Shown: in pieces, positions 7,787 to 17,534 of the stretch
How positions within the stretch are numbered: position 1 is the first letter of the stretch
Layout of the letters: the number at the start of each line of letters is the position of its first letter
Source of the DNA: Chloroflexota bacterium
Lineage (GTDB): Bacteria > Chloroflexota > Anaerolineae > Anaerolineales > UBA11858
Reading direction: 5' to 3'
Assembly: GCA_018263575.1 (NCBI GenBank)
Contig: JAANWX010000004.1
Location: forward strand, 39,464-103,463
DNA: 64,000 nt
Made by a program: the position numbers and the translations under genes
The notes under the pieces: model-generated
The model's input: the letters and a program-made list of their open reading frames with translations, nothing else
What the model was told of the DNA's origin: nothing
Databases searched by the model: none

Positions 7787-10366
7787 ATGGCTAAAACAAA
7801 ACCAACCCCCGTCCGCCGGCAATACCTAGAAATCAAACGTCAATACCCAGAGGCTATCGTCTTCTTCCGTTTGGGAGATTTTTACGAGACCTTCGATGAG
7901 GATGCCGAGACAGTTTCCCGCGTTCTAGACATTGTCCTCACCTCGCGGAATGCGGGCGGTGGTGTGCGTGTTCCCATGGCGGGAATTCCCCACCACGCTG
8001 CCGAAAATTACCTCTCCCGCCTGATAGACGCCGGCCATCACGTGGCCATTTGTGAGCAGGTGGGGGATCACCCCGTGAACGGACTCATGCCCCGCGACGT
8101 GGTGCGCGTAGTTACCCCCGGTACCATTTTGGAGCAAGACCTCCTCCCCGGTGATGCCAACAATTACCTGGGCTGTATCCTCATCGAGGAAAAACGGGCC
8201 GGCGTGGCGTATGTGGATATCACCACGGGTGAATTTAGCGTCACCGAGCTGAGTGGGGGCGATATTCGGGAAAGTGTTCGCTCCGAGCTGCTGCGCCTCC
8301 ACCCCGCCGAGACCCTTTTCCCGGACAGCATGGCATGGAGCGAAACCAACACCTCGGCCCATTACACGGCCTGGCCAGCCTGGCGCTTCGAAAAGATGCG
8401 CTGTGAGAGCGTCTTGAAAGAACAATTTAACGTAGAGTCTTTGGATGGATTCGGCGTGCGGGGACATCCTCTCGCCATTCGCGCGGCGGGAGCGGTGGTG
8501 CAGTACCTGGGAGAGACGCGCCCTGAAGCTCTGAAACTTCTCTCCTCCCTGAGCACATACAGTTTAACAGAATTCATGACTCTGGACGCCGCCACCCGCC
8601 GCAACCTGGAACTCACCGAAACCATCCGGGGCGGGACGGCGGAAGGCTCTCTGCTGGGCGTCCTGGATTGCACCGTCACGCCCATGGGGAAACGTCTCCT
8701 GCGCCGGTGGGTGAGTAAACCGCTCCTGGATGTCAGCCTTATCCGCAAGCGCCATGATGGGGTGGAATTTTTCTTCACAGAGGGCCTTTTGCGGGCCGAA
8801 ATGCGGGAAGAGCTGAAATCCCTCAACGACCTGGAGCGCTTGGTGAACCGTGTGGCGGGAGGGACGGCCCAGCCCCGCGATCTGGTCGCCATCCGGGCCA
8901 CGCTGGAGATGCTGCCCGATGTTCGGGACCTGCTCCCCGCCCAACTCCCGGAAGACTCTTCCCTCGGGGAGATCCTGGCCAATTTCTCGACATGTTCCCC
9001 CGCGCTGAATCTGCTCACTTCCGCCCTGCAGGACGATCCCCCCGCCACGGTGGGTCACTTGGGCATTATCCGCCAGGGTTACTCGGAAGAGCTGGACGAG
9101 GTGATGGAATCCACCCGCCATGCCCGGGAGTGGATCGCCAACCTGGAATCCGTGGAACAGGAGCGGACGGGCATCAACTCCCTCAAGGTGAGCCATAATA
9201 AAGTGTACGGTTATTATATTGAGGTTACCAAGGCCAAGGCGGACTATGTGCCCGATGATTATATCCGCAAGCAGACGTTGGTGAATGCCGAGCGGTATGT
9301 CACGCCCGAATTGAAGGAATATGAGACAAAGGTCCTCAACGCGGAGGAGCAAATTCAGGAAATTGAGCGGCGTTTGTTTTACGATCTTTGCCAGCAGTTG
9401 AGCCGTTACGGGGAGGAGATGCTAAAGACGGCCCGCGTCTTGGCCCATTGGGATACCTTGGCCGCTTTGGCGGAGACGGCGGCCCTGAATGGTTACGTGC
9501 GCCCCGAGGTTGTGGAGGGAGATGTCCTCGACGTGCGGGATGGCCGTCACCCAGTGGTGGAGCATACCCTGGCCGGGAAGCGTTTTGTCCCCAACGACAC
9601 CACCTTCGAGGAGGGGGAGCGGATTCGCATCATCACCGGCCCGAACATGTCTGGAAAATCGACTTTCTTGCGCCAAGTGGCCCTGATCGCTTTGCTGGCC
9701 CAGATGGGAAGTTTCGTACCCGCTAAGTCGGCCCGCATTGGCCTGGTAGACCGCATTTTTACCCGCATCGGGGCCCAGGACGAGATTCACGCCGGGCAGT
9801 CCACCTTCATGGTGGAGATGGTCGAGACGGCCAACATTCTCAATCACGCTACGCCGCGCAGCTTGTTGATCCTGGATGAGATTGGCCGCGGAACCAGCAC
9901 CTACGATGGGGTGGCTATCGCTTGGGCCATGGTGGAGTATTTGCACAATCATCCCCAGAAGCGTTCCAAGACCCTTTTTGCCACCCACTACCACGAATTA
10001 ACCCAGTTGTCGGACTTGTTGCCCGGGGTGCGGAATTATAATGTGGCCGTCAGCGAGGCGGAAGGCGATGTGGTTTTTCTGTATAACATTGTCCCCGGCG
10101 GAGCAGATCAATCCTATGGCATTCATGTCGCGCAGTTGGCGGGTGTGCCCGGTCCCGTCGTGCAGCGTGCCGAGGAGATCATGCGCCAATTGGAGAAATC
10201 CTCGGGCAAGGCGGTGAAAATTGACCCCCAAGCGCCGCAGCAAATGGCCCTCTTCCCGGAGACGAATCCCCTGGTAGAGGAGTTGGAAGGATTAGACTTG
10301 AACGAGTTGTCTCCTTTGGAGGCTTTGAACCGTTTATACGAGTGGCAGAAGAAGTTTGTAGAGTAG
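7787..10366 (+). CDS. mutS: DNA mismatch repair protein MutS
   Basis: 859 aa. TPVRRQYLEIK N-terminus, Walker A GPNMSGKST, STFMVEM, DEIGRGTS. Confidence 0.95.
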   Translation: MAKTKPTPVRRQYLEIKRQYPEAIVFFRLGDFYETFDEDAETVSRVLDIVLTSRNAGGGVRVPMAGIPHHAAENYLSRLIDAGHHVAICEQVGDHPVNGLMPRDVVRVVTPGTILEQDLLPGDANNYLGCILIEEKRAGVAYVDITTGEFSVTELSGGDIRESVRSELLRLHPAETLFPDSMAWSETNTSAHYTAWPAWRFEKMRCESVLKEQFNVESLDGFGVRGHPLAIRAAGAVVQYLGETRPEALKLLSSLSTYSLTEFMTLDAATRRNLELTETIRGGTAEGSLLGVLDCTVTPMGKRLLRRWVSKPLLDVSLIRKRHDGVEFFFTEGLLRAEMREELKSLNDLERLVNRVAGGTAQPRDLVAIRATLEMLPDVRDLLPAQLPEDSSLGEILANFSTCSPALNLLTSALQDDPPATVGHLGIIRQGYSEELDEVMESTRHAREWIANLESVEQERTGINSLKVSHNKVYGYYIEVTKAKADYVPDDYIRKQTLVNAERYVTPELKEYETKVLNAEEQIQEIERRLFYDLCQQLSRYGEEMLKTARVLAHWDTLAALAETAALNGYVRPEVVEGDVLDVRDGRHPVVEHTLAGKRFVPNDTTFEEGERIRIITGPNMSGKSTFLRQVALIALLAQMGSFVPAKSARIGLVDRIFTRIGAQDEIHAGQSTFMVEMVETANILNHATPRSLLILDEIGRGTSTYDGVAIAWAMVEYLHNHPQKRSKTLFATHYHELTQLSDLLPGVRNYNVAVSEAEGDVVFLYNIVPGGADQSYGIHVAQLAGVPGPVVQRAEEIMRQLEKSSGKAVKIDPQAPQQMALFPETNPLVEELEGLDLNELSPLEALNRLYEWQKKFVE

Positions 10367-10397
10367 TAAGTTTAGTTTAATAAAGGAAATATCACTT

Positions 10398-12065
10398 ATG
10401 AAAGAACGTGCTTTGACCATGATCGTCATTTTAGGGTTTTTATTCTCAGCCTGTAAAAGCGCGGCTGAACCCTTGCCGGAATCTACCAATACGCTGCCGC
10501 CTCCCCCAACAGAGACCCCACAACCCACGGCAACCTCCCTTCCGCCGACACCTACCTTTACCTCCCCTCCCCCCACCCCTACCCCTACTGAAAGCCCGCC
10601 CACTTTGGATGAGATCGCGGATGGAATCGCTGGCGAGGTCGGCGAGGTCAAAGCCACCTATGAAGGTGACTCCGAAGAAGTCGTTTACCTCTTTGCCGAA
10701 GACCACGCTTCCATTGGCGGCAAGTTGGAAATTGCCATTATGCTCAATCGCTTATATGCCCGTCAAAGAACGCGCCACGTTGGCCTGGAAGGCTGGTTTG
10801 CCAGCGATCCGCCCATGGATCTCTCTTGGGCTTTTGGCCCATCGCCTTACGAATCCGGAGCCCCGGTCACTGCGCGCGAAGATGTCCTGGCTTATATGGT
10901 TAAAGACGGTGAATTCACCAGTGCCGAATTCCTGGGGTTGGTGTACGAGGATGTGGTTGTGCACGGCGTTGACGACGCTGAGTTATATGGCATAACCATA
11001 GAACCGCAGCTCTGGTCAACTCCTTTTTTATATAATTATGAAATTGGTATTAACATGCTCAATGAGGATGAGTATGACACTTATTATGGTTATGTGATAG
11101 AAAAAGAAACTGAGAAGGCCTATGAGTTCGTTCTTCAAACCGTGGAATTTGCCCAAGAGATGGAGAATCGCCTTAGGAAAAAAGCTTCAGCCGAAGACTA
11201 CGCGCTCATCTTGGACGAATTGAAGGCTGAACTCGAAAAATGGGCTGAAAAAAATGGGAATCCCATCCCCGCCCGAAGGGTGGAGGAAATGGCCAATCTG
11301 CGAGCGTATATAGATGTTGTTATTCAACGCAGTGATGCTATGGCTGCTAATATTTTGGCCATACTAGAATCGAACCCTGGGGCACCCCTTGCGCTCTCGA
11401 CTGGCGTCATGCACGCCGACCGCATCTTGGAGGTATTAGAAGGCGCGGGTGTTTCCTATGCGTATATCTGGCCCCATGCCCTGACGTTGGACGATGACCC
11501 CACGCGAATGTCTCCGGAAGCCTACCAATACAAGGAAATGGGAAAATCTCCCGGCGGGGAAGGCACAATTGGCGCCATCCTGCGCGGGGGCAAGAACCTA
11601 CCGCCTACGGGAGAGCAAGCGCGTGTCCGGACGGAAGAAAATTTACGGCAGATCCTTCAGGAACTATCCGTGATAGACTATACAAAACTCCAATCATGGC
11701 TTTTAACCCCTAATGAAGTGCCTGAAGGCATGCGGGCGTTATTCGAAGAAACTGGGATAGAAGCCTATCCAATAGAAGACAGTACCGATAATGGGTGGAG
11801 AAAAATAGGGCTGCGAGTTATTTTTCCAAATGGCGCGGTACAAAAAATCCATCTTAGTTTTATGGTTGATGAGGATGGGAATGTTGAGAAGACGTATTCC
11901 TCCCTTCCCCGATCTTATGGAAAGGTACCTAATAGAAATATCCAATATCAAATCTCAAATATCTACCCCACCACCTCATCATACTTCCGCCGCACTTCCT
12001 GGATGTCCTCCCAGGTCAGGGCTTTCGGGGAGTTCGGCGTCCGGGTGGGATTACGCATCAGGTAG
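10398..12065 (+). CDS. Hypothetical lipoprotein with Pro/Thr linker, possibly of the Tiki/TraB/ChaN-like superfamily
   Basis: Lipobox LFSAC and a PT-rich linker. Weak FAEDH...GLEG and TGVMHADR...LEGAG motifs. The last 103 nt overlap the 3' end of the convergent UDG gene. Confidence 0.6.
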   Translation: MKERALTMIVILGFLFSACKSAAEPLPESTNTLPPPPTETPQPTATSLPPTPTFTSPPPTPTPTESPPTLDEIADGIAGEVGEVKATYEGDSEEVVYLFAEDHASIGGKLEIAIMLNRLYARQRTRHVGLEGWFASDPPMDLSWAFGPSPYESGAPVTAREDVLAYMVKDGEFTSAEFLGLVYEDVVVHGVDDAELYGITIEPQLWSTPFLYNYEIGINMLNEDEYDTYYGYVIEKETEKAYEFVLQTVEFAQEMENRLRKKASAEDYALILDELKAELEKWAEKNGNPIPARRVEEMANLRAYIDVVIQRSDAMAANILAILESNPGAPLALSTGVMHADRILEVLEGAGVSYAYIWPHALTLDDDPTRMSPEAYQYKEMGKSPGGEGTIGAILRGGKNLPPTGEQARVRTEENLRQILQELSVIDYTKLQSWLLTPNEVPEGMRALFEETGIEAYPIEDSTDNGWRKIGLRVIFPNGAVQKIHLSFMVDEDGNVEKTYSSLPRSYGKVPNRNIQYQISNIYPTTSSYFRRTSWMSSQVRAFGEFGVRVGLRIR

Positions 12066-12586
12066 GATGGGTGGAAGACGGGCATCACCCACCGCCCTTG
12101 GATTTGTCGCCATTTCCCGCGTAGGCGGGTGATTCCGGTTTGACCCAAAATTGCCTGGCAGGCCACATTGCCCGTCAGCATCATGATGGGGGCGTCCACC
12201 AAGCGGATGATTTCTAGTAAATAGGGTTTGTAGTGCTTGATCTCACTGGTCTTGGGCCTGCGGAACGTCTTTCCCCCTTCCCCGGGCGGCATGCGAAAGA
12301 CGGAGTTGGTGATAAAGACGTCTTCCTCGGGATCAAAGTCCACCGCGCGGAGAATTTTGTCGAGCAACTTGCCAGCCCGTCCCACAAAGGGCTTGCCTTG
12401 GATATTCTCTTGCGGCCCCGGCGCTTCGCCAACGATGAGAAGTTTGGCTTCGGGATTGCCCCGGCAGATGACAACATTGGTGCCGGCGCCGGCCAGGACG
12501 TCGTCGGTCATGTTCATCATTTCGTCCAGAAGTTCATCCAGTGAATTGTATTGCGGGCTGAGGAGGGCGGGGGTTGTTTGGGTCAT
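11963..12586 (-). CDS. udg: Uracil-DNA glycosylase, family 4
   Basis: Motif A GEAPGPQE, FVGRAGKLL, and HPSYLMRN at the C-terminus. 207 aa. Confidence 0.9.
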   Translation of the reverse strand: MTQTTPALLSPQYNSLDELLDEMMNMTDDVLAGAGTNVVICRGNPEAKLLIVGEAPGPQENIQGKPFVGRAGKLLDKILRAVDFDPEEDVFITNSVFRMPPGEGGKTFRRPKTSEIKHYKPYLLEIIRLVDAPIMMLTGNVACQAILGQTGITRLRGKWRQIQGRWVMPVFHPSYLMRNPTRTPNSPKALTWEDIQEVRRKYDEVVG

Positions 12587-12713
12587 GAGGATACTCCTTT
12601 AATCAACTTGCGACAAGACATTGGGTTAGATTCTACTATAAATGGAAATCCGGCGAGAAGATACAGGTGAACTCATAAAAATTAATAGCTTGTTTAATAA
12701 ATCATAAAATACA

Positions 12714-12741
12714 TTGACATAAACAAAAATATACGTATAAT
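12714..12741 (+). promoter_or_regulatory. Consensus sigma70-type promoter in an AT-rich divergent control region
   Basis: TTGACA (12714-12719), a 16-nt spacer, then TATAAT (12736-12741), 85 nt upstream of the MFS start. Confidence 0.55.
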
Positions 12742-12825
12742 ATTCTTGAAAATAAGAGAAGTTGACATATATATTTTTTACATACATCTTGATCAATTCA
12801 AGACAATAACTCACAAGGAAAAACA

Positions 12826-14097
12826 ATGGCCACACAATTTTCAACCCAAGATGGCAAGCGATGGAAAGCTCCCTTTTACACGGTGTGGAGCGGGCAAGCG
12901 ATTTCGTTGCTGGGCAGCCAACTCGTTCAATTTGCGCTAATTTGGTATATCACCGAAGAAACGGGGTCAGCCACAGCGCTAGCTGGGGCAACCATGGTAG
13001 CTTTATTGCCCCGAGTTTTTCTGTCTCCCTTCATTGGCGCTTTGGTGGATCGCTGGAATCGAAAGCGGATTATGCTGATTGCTGATACATTAATTGCCTT
13101 AGCGACTTTAGTGATGGCCTTATTGTTTACGCTTGATGTCATCGAATTGTGGCATATTTACTCGCTATTGATGGCGAGAGCGATTGGTGGAGCGTTCCAC
13201 GCTCCGGCTATGACCGCTTCCACGTCGTTGATGGTCCCCAAAGAGCACATGACACGCATCCAAGGGATCAACCAAACTCTCAACGGGGGCTTGAACATCG
13301 TCTCAGCCCCTTTGGGCGCGCTCCTGATCGAACTACTGCCCACCCAGGGCGTGTTGGCCATTGACGTGGCGACCGCCGCCTTTGCCATCATTCCCCTCTT
13401 CTTTATCGCCATCCCCGAACCGGAACGCGCCCCCCAATTGGAGGCCGAAAAACCCTCCGTGTTCACGGAAATGAAAGAGGGGTTAGATTACATCATGAAT
13501 TGGCGGGGGATGTTGTACATTGCCGGATTTGCGACCTTGTTGAACTTTCTGCTAACGCCCGCGTCCTCCCTGATGCCTCTCTTGGTCAAAGACCATTTTG
13601 GGGGAGGGGCCATGGAATTGGGCTGGGTCAACTCGACTTTTGGCGTCGGTGCCATCGTGGGGGGAATCGTGCTGGGCGTGTGGGGAGGCTTCAAGCGCCG
13701 CATCGCCACCTCCATTTTAGGGATTGGAGGGATAGGCGTAGGATCGTTGTTGATGGGATTGACCCCGGCAAATATACTCTATTTGGCGTTGGCGGCAAAT
13801 TTGGTTATAGGCATTGCTCAACCTATTGCCAATGGTGCTTTGGGCGCTATCATGCAGGTAGCGGTAGACCCCTCCATGCAGGGACGGGTTTTCACCCTTT
13901 TAAGCAGCGCGGCCATGGCCATGATGCCCGTCGGACTTGCCATCGCAGGGCCGTTATCTGATCGTTATGGCATCCAGACCTGGTTCATTCTTGGGGGAGC
14001 GGCTTGTCTGGTGATGGTTTTATTAATGATGGCCACCCCAGCGGTGATGAATATCGAAGGGGACCAACGCGTGGCGAGCGTGCCGGTTGAGGTATAA
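12826..14097 (+). CDS. MFS transporter (MFS_3/EntS-like)
   Basis: 423 aa with about 12 hydrophobic helices and the loop motif DRWNRKR after TM2. Confidence 0.85.
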   Translation: MATQFSTQDGKRWKAPFYTVWSGQAISLLGSQLVQFALIWYITEETGSATALAGATMVALLPRVFLSPFIGALVDRWNRKRIMLIADTLIALATLVMALLFTLDVIELWHIYSLLMARAIGGAFHAPAMTASTSLMVPKEHMTRIQGINQTLNGGLNIVSAPLGALLIELLPTQGVLAIDVATAAFAIIPLFFIAIPEPERAPQLEAEKPSVFTEMKEGLDYIMNWRGMLYIAGFATLLNFLLTPASSLMPLLVKDHFGGGAMELGWVNSTFGVGAIVGGIVLGVWGGFKRRIATSILGIGGIGVGSLLMGLTPANILYLALAANLVIGIAQPIANGALGAIMQVAVDPSMQGRVFTLLSSAAMAMMPVGLAIAGPLSDRYGIQTWFILGGAACLVMVLLMMATPAVMNIEGDQRVASVPVEV

Positions 14098-14988
14098 CTA
14101 GTAAAACCAATTTTCCAAAACAATTCCAACAACAAACAAAAACGCGTAGACCAACTCGAGTTGACCAGTCCCAGCGAGAGCGCGGTTCAGGTCCCGGCCT
14201 GTCTGGGTGTAGATGGCTCTTATCCAACGGGCGGTCAAGGGTAGGCTGAGCCAGGCCAGCATCCCCCAGGGGGAGGTGAGTCCCACCATCCAGAGCATGG
14301 CCGGAATCAGATAGGCGGTCAAGGCGCAGAAAACGTACTCCCCGCGCGTGCCGCGCACGCCCAGACGGACCGCCAGGGTCTTTTTCCCCGCGGCGCGGTC
14401 GGTTTCGATATCCCGCAAATTGTTGACAACCAGGATCATGACCGTCAACGCGCCCATGGCGATGGACATCCACCACGTGGTCTGGCTCACGCTTAGGGCT
14501 TGCACGTAGTATGTGCCCGCGGTTGCCCCCAATCCAAAGAAGAGGAAGACAAAAAGGTCGCCCAGGCCGTAGTAGCCCAGGGGGAAAGGCCCTCCGGTGT
14601 AGGCGATGGCGGATAAGATGGCCGCCGCACCTAGCACGAGAATGGGCCATCCTCCCACGAAAATGAGGTAAAGACCAACCAGGGCTGCGAGGCCAAAGAC
14701 GACGGCCATCCCCCGTTTGACTTGTTGGGGACTCAGCAACCCCGACTGGGTCACACGTGTGGGGCCGAGACGTTCCCCCGCGTCCGTGCCGCGTTCATAG
14801 TCAAAGACGTCGTTGGCTAAGTTCGAGCCGATTTGAAGAAGTTCTGCCCCTAAAAGGGCGGCCAAGGCTGGTCCCCATTGGAATTGGCCATCTCGCAAGG
14901 CGAGGGCTGTTCCCACAATGACCGGGGAAGCCGCCGCCGGAAGGGTTTTGGGACGTATGGCTAGGATCCAACGGTTGAACATGTTCAT
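14098..14988 (-). CDS. menA: 1,4-dihydroxy-2-naphthoate polyprenyltransferase (UbiA superfamily)
   Basis: N-terminus WILAIRPKTLPAA, Asp-rich motif NDVFDYERGTD, 296 aa, polytopic. Confidence 0.8.
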   Translation of the reverse strand: MNMFNRWILAIRPKTLPAAASPVIVGTALALRDGQFQWGPALAALLGAELLQIGSNLANDVFDYERGTDAGERLGPTRVTQSGLLSPQQVKRGMAVVFGLAALVGLYLIFVGGWPILVLGAAAILSAIAYTGGPFPLGYYGLGDLFVFLFFGLGATAGTYYVQALSVSQTTWWMSIAMGALTVMILVVNNLRDIETDRAAGKKTLAVRLGVRGTRGEYVFCALTAYLIPAMLWMVGLTSPWGMLAWLSLPLTARWIRAIYTQTGRDLNRALAGTGQLELVYAFLFVVGIVLENWFY

Positions 14989-15043
14989 GGTATTCGTCTC
15001 CTCAGAATTGAACTCTCTCTTCTTGGCGTGTAAGCGTTCACAT

Positions 15044-15141
15044 CCCCCTCACCTCAATCCTTGCCAAGGCCCGCAAAGCGTCCCAGAGGGAGAGGAGGCT
15101 ATCCCCTCTACCTCTGGGAGAGGGCTAGGGTGAGGGCAGGG
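15044..15141. repeat. REP-like palindromic element (GGGAGAGGGCTAGGGTGAGGGC type)
   Basis: Arms CCCCCTCACC...GGGTGAGGG with an inner hairpin CCCAGAGGGAGAGG...CCCCTCTACCTCTGGG. Related to the segment inserted in valS at 2517-2588. Confidence 0.6.
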
Positions 15142-15307
15142 AGTGACCGCTTACAGACACTTTTACTCAGAGGCATTATTTTACCAGGTGTTGGCTTCGT
15201 GTGTCACAATTCCTTTGACAGAATACAAGCTCTATGTTATCCTTTTTACCGAAACCGACTGGACGGTCGGCCACTTAAGTAAACTATCGTATAAAGGAGA
15301 AATTAGT

Positions 15308-16201
15308 ATGGACTATCTGAAATCATTAACTGGCCCCATGCGGTTGCCGTTTCTAATTTTAACGCCGGCGTGCGTTTTATTGGGCTTCGCGGCCGCGACG
15401 TGGTCTTCAGGCCAAACGGATTGGCTTCAATTTATCATCATCCTGATTGGAGCCATTTCCGCTCATATCAGCGTCAATGTTTTTAATGAATATTTCGACT
15501 TCAAAAGTGGTTTAGACCCCAAAACGCGACCCACGCCATTCAGCGGCGGAAGCGGTACCTTGCCTGCCAAGCCAGAGATGGAACGCGCTGCTCTCATCAC
15601 GGCATGGGTCAGTTTTGCTCTGACAGCATCAGTTGGGGTGTACTTTTTGATGGTAAGGGGTTTGGAACTCTTACCCCTGGGTATCTTGGGACTGGTGGTA
15701 ATACTTTTCTATACAAAATGGATTACTAAAAATCCTCTTTTGTGTTTGATAGCCCCTGGTCTTGGTTTTGGGACGTTTATGGTCATGGGGACATATTTCG
15801 CTCTCACGGGAGAATATTCCTGGACAGCGTTCATTTCCTCTCTCGTTCCCTTTTTCCTGGTCAGCAATTTGCTATTGCTCAATCAATTTCCGGACGTTGA
15901 AGCAGATAGCAGCGTAGACAGAAAACACTATCCAATTGTCTTGGGTAGGCGACGCAGCGCGCGTATCTATATCGCGTTTCTGATCCTGACGTATGTCTCG
16001 ATTATCATTGGCGTCCTTGGGAAATTTTTACCCGTTACCAGTTTACTTGGTCTGCTTACCATTGTAATTGGCATCCCGGTGATAAAAAATGTTTTGCAAA
16101 ATGCCGATGACGTCGATAAACTAATCCCGGCTATGGGGCAAAATGTACTCATCAATATATTAACGCCGGTGCTTGTTGCCATTGGCTTGTTTATCGGATA
16201 A
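15308..16201 (+). CDS. UbiA family prenyltransferase (second, non-MenA paralogue)
   Basis: ATG 15308 is preceded by AAAGGAGA. Asp-rich motifs NVFNEYFDFKSGLD and NQFPDVEAD. 297 aa, polytopic. The upstream part of the ORF-track frame was rejected. Confidence 0.8.
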   Translation: MDYLKSLTGPMRLPFLILTPACVLLGFAAATWSSGQTDWLQFIIILIGAISAHISVNVFNEYFDFKSGLDPKTRPTPFSGGSGTLPAKPEMERAALITAWVSFALTASVGVYFLMVRGLELLPLGILGLVVILFYTKWITKNPLLCLIAPGLGFGTFMVMGTYFALTGEYSWTAFISSLVPFFLVSNLLLLNQFPDVEADSSVDRKHYPIVLGRRRSARIYIAFLILTYVSIIIGVLGKFLPVTSLLGLLTIVIGIPVIKNVLQNADDVDKLIPAMGQNVLINILTPVLVAIGLFIG

Positions 16202-16273
16202 TGTGCGTGATGAGTAAAACGTAATGAATAAAAAGAAATCTCACGCATCACTCTTACTCGTTACTCATTACTC

Positions 16274-16429
16274 AATGTCATTTAGTTTAGCTCGGTTGTA
16301 GACCTGACAGGTTTCCCGACGAGACATTTTTAACTCGATTCGGTGCAACCAAGAGCATATTTCTGTCTAAAAGTGTGCTCTAAAACCTGTCAGGTCTGGG
16401 CCAAAAACCTTGACTAAATGACATTGACT
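16274..16429. mobile_element. MITE family E, copy 1 (156 bp)
   Basis: 13-15 bp terminal inverted repeat (TC)AATGTCATTTAGT. About 95% identical to 60179-60333. Flanked by the direct repeat CATTACTC at 16266-16273 and 16430-16437. No ORF. Confidence 0.85.
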
Positions 16430-16469
16430 CATTACTCATCACTCTCGTGCCTTCTCAATATTTCGGGGA

Positions 16470-16517
16470 GGGGCTGAGACCTCCGAGGTTTTCGGCAAAC
16501 CTCGGAGGTCTTGCCCC
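16470..16517. repeat. REP-like hairpin family D
   Basis: GGGGC..GACCTCCGAGGTTT-TCGGC-AAACCTCGGAGGTC..GCCCC. A related palindrome lies at 50541-50595 and a partial one at 5132-5170. The left flank AATATTTYGGGG is shared. Confidence 0.7.
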
Positions 16518-16561
16518 GTATTTTTGAGATGATACTCACTCTCTTCTTAAAGGAATTTCTT

Positions 16562-17518
16562 ATGCTTACTCGAAAACATCTTATCAAAATTACGCTCTTG
16601 ACCCTTTTCGCTGCTTTACTTCTAGGCGCTTGCGGAGCGAAGCAAGAATCCGTTACCCTGAGGCTCGCCCTGCTGCCCGTGTTAGATACTTTGCCCATCC
16701 ATGTCGCCGCCGAGGAGGGGTATTTCGAAGAACAAGGAGTGATCGTGGAGATCATCCCCGTCGCTTCCGCCCCGGAGCGGGATAATCTTATCAGCGCAGG
16801 GGAAGCGGACGGCATGCTCAATGAGATTGTCTCAACTCTTTTCTATAACAAAGACGACGTGCAAGTGCAAATTGTCCGCACGGCCCGAGTCGCCACCAGC
16901 CAAGCTCCCATCTTCCGCATTTTGGCCGCCAAAGACAGCGGCATCGCCAGCCTTGAAGACCTCAAAGGCGTTGAGGTTGGTATTTCTGAGGGGACGGTGA
17001 TAGAATATCTGACTGACCGGCTCCTGGAGGCCGAGGGTTTTAGCTCTGAAGAGATTGCCACCATCGCTGTCCCCAAAATCCCCGACCGGATGGCTTTGCT
17101 GGGCTCCGGCGAGTTGCAGGCGGCCATGCTGCCAGACCCGGCCTCTTCTTTGGCAATCATGAACGGGGCTAGCGTGATTGTTGATGATACCAGCCATCCT
17201 GAGTTTGGCTTGAGCGTATTTTCTTTCCGGAAGGAGACCATCGACGCTCACCCTGAAGCCATTGAAGCTTTCTTGGCTGCGGTTGAGCAAGCGGTGGCTG
17301 AGATCAACGCCGATCCAGATAAATATGCTGACCTGATGGTTGAGAAAGGGTTGGTTCCCGCTCCCTTGGCAGGGACATACCAGGTCAACCCCCTCCCCAC
17401 CGCGGGCGTGCCCTCCCAGGCCCAGTGGGATGACGCCCTGGATTGGGCTTTGGGGAAGGGCCTGATCGACGCCGAAATCTCTTATGATGCGTCGGTTACG
17501 GGTGAGTATTTGCCTTAG
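16562..17518 (+). CDS. ABC transporter substrate-binding lipoprotein (NMT1/THI5-like, NitT/TauT family)
   Basis: Signal peptide plus lipobox LLLGAC from ATG 16562. Periplasmic-binding-protein fold pattern. In an operon with the ATPase and permease genes. Confidence 0.8.
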   Translation: MLTRKHLIKITLLTLFAALLLGACGAKQESVTLRLALLPVLDTLPIHVAAEEGYFEEQGVIVEIIPVASAPERDNLISAGEADGMLNEIVSTLFYNKDDVQVQIVRTARVATSQAPIFRILAAKDSGIASLEDLKGVEVGISEGTVIEYLTDRLLEAEGFSSEEIATIAVPKIPDRMALLGSGELQAAMLPDPASSLAIMNGASVIVDDTSHPEFGLSVFSFRKETIDAHPEAIEAFLAAVEQAVAEINADPDKYADLMVEKGLVPAPLAGTYQVNPLPTAGVPSQAQWDDALDWALGKGLIDAEISYDASVTGEYLP

Positions 17519-17534
17519 TGTTTAAATTGAAGGT

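Noticed and set aside
16427-16561. Possible TPP riboswitch upstream of the NMT1/THI5-like binding protein (GGGGCTGAGA resembles the THI-box start)
   Set aside because: The conserved ACCTGATCTGGATAATGCCAGCG part is absent. The sequence is a member of REP-like hairpin family D, which recurs at 50541-50595.
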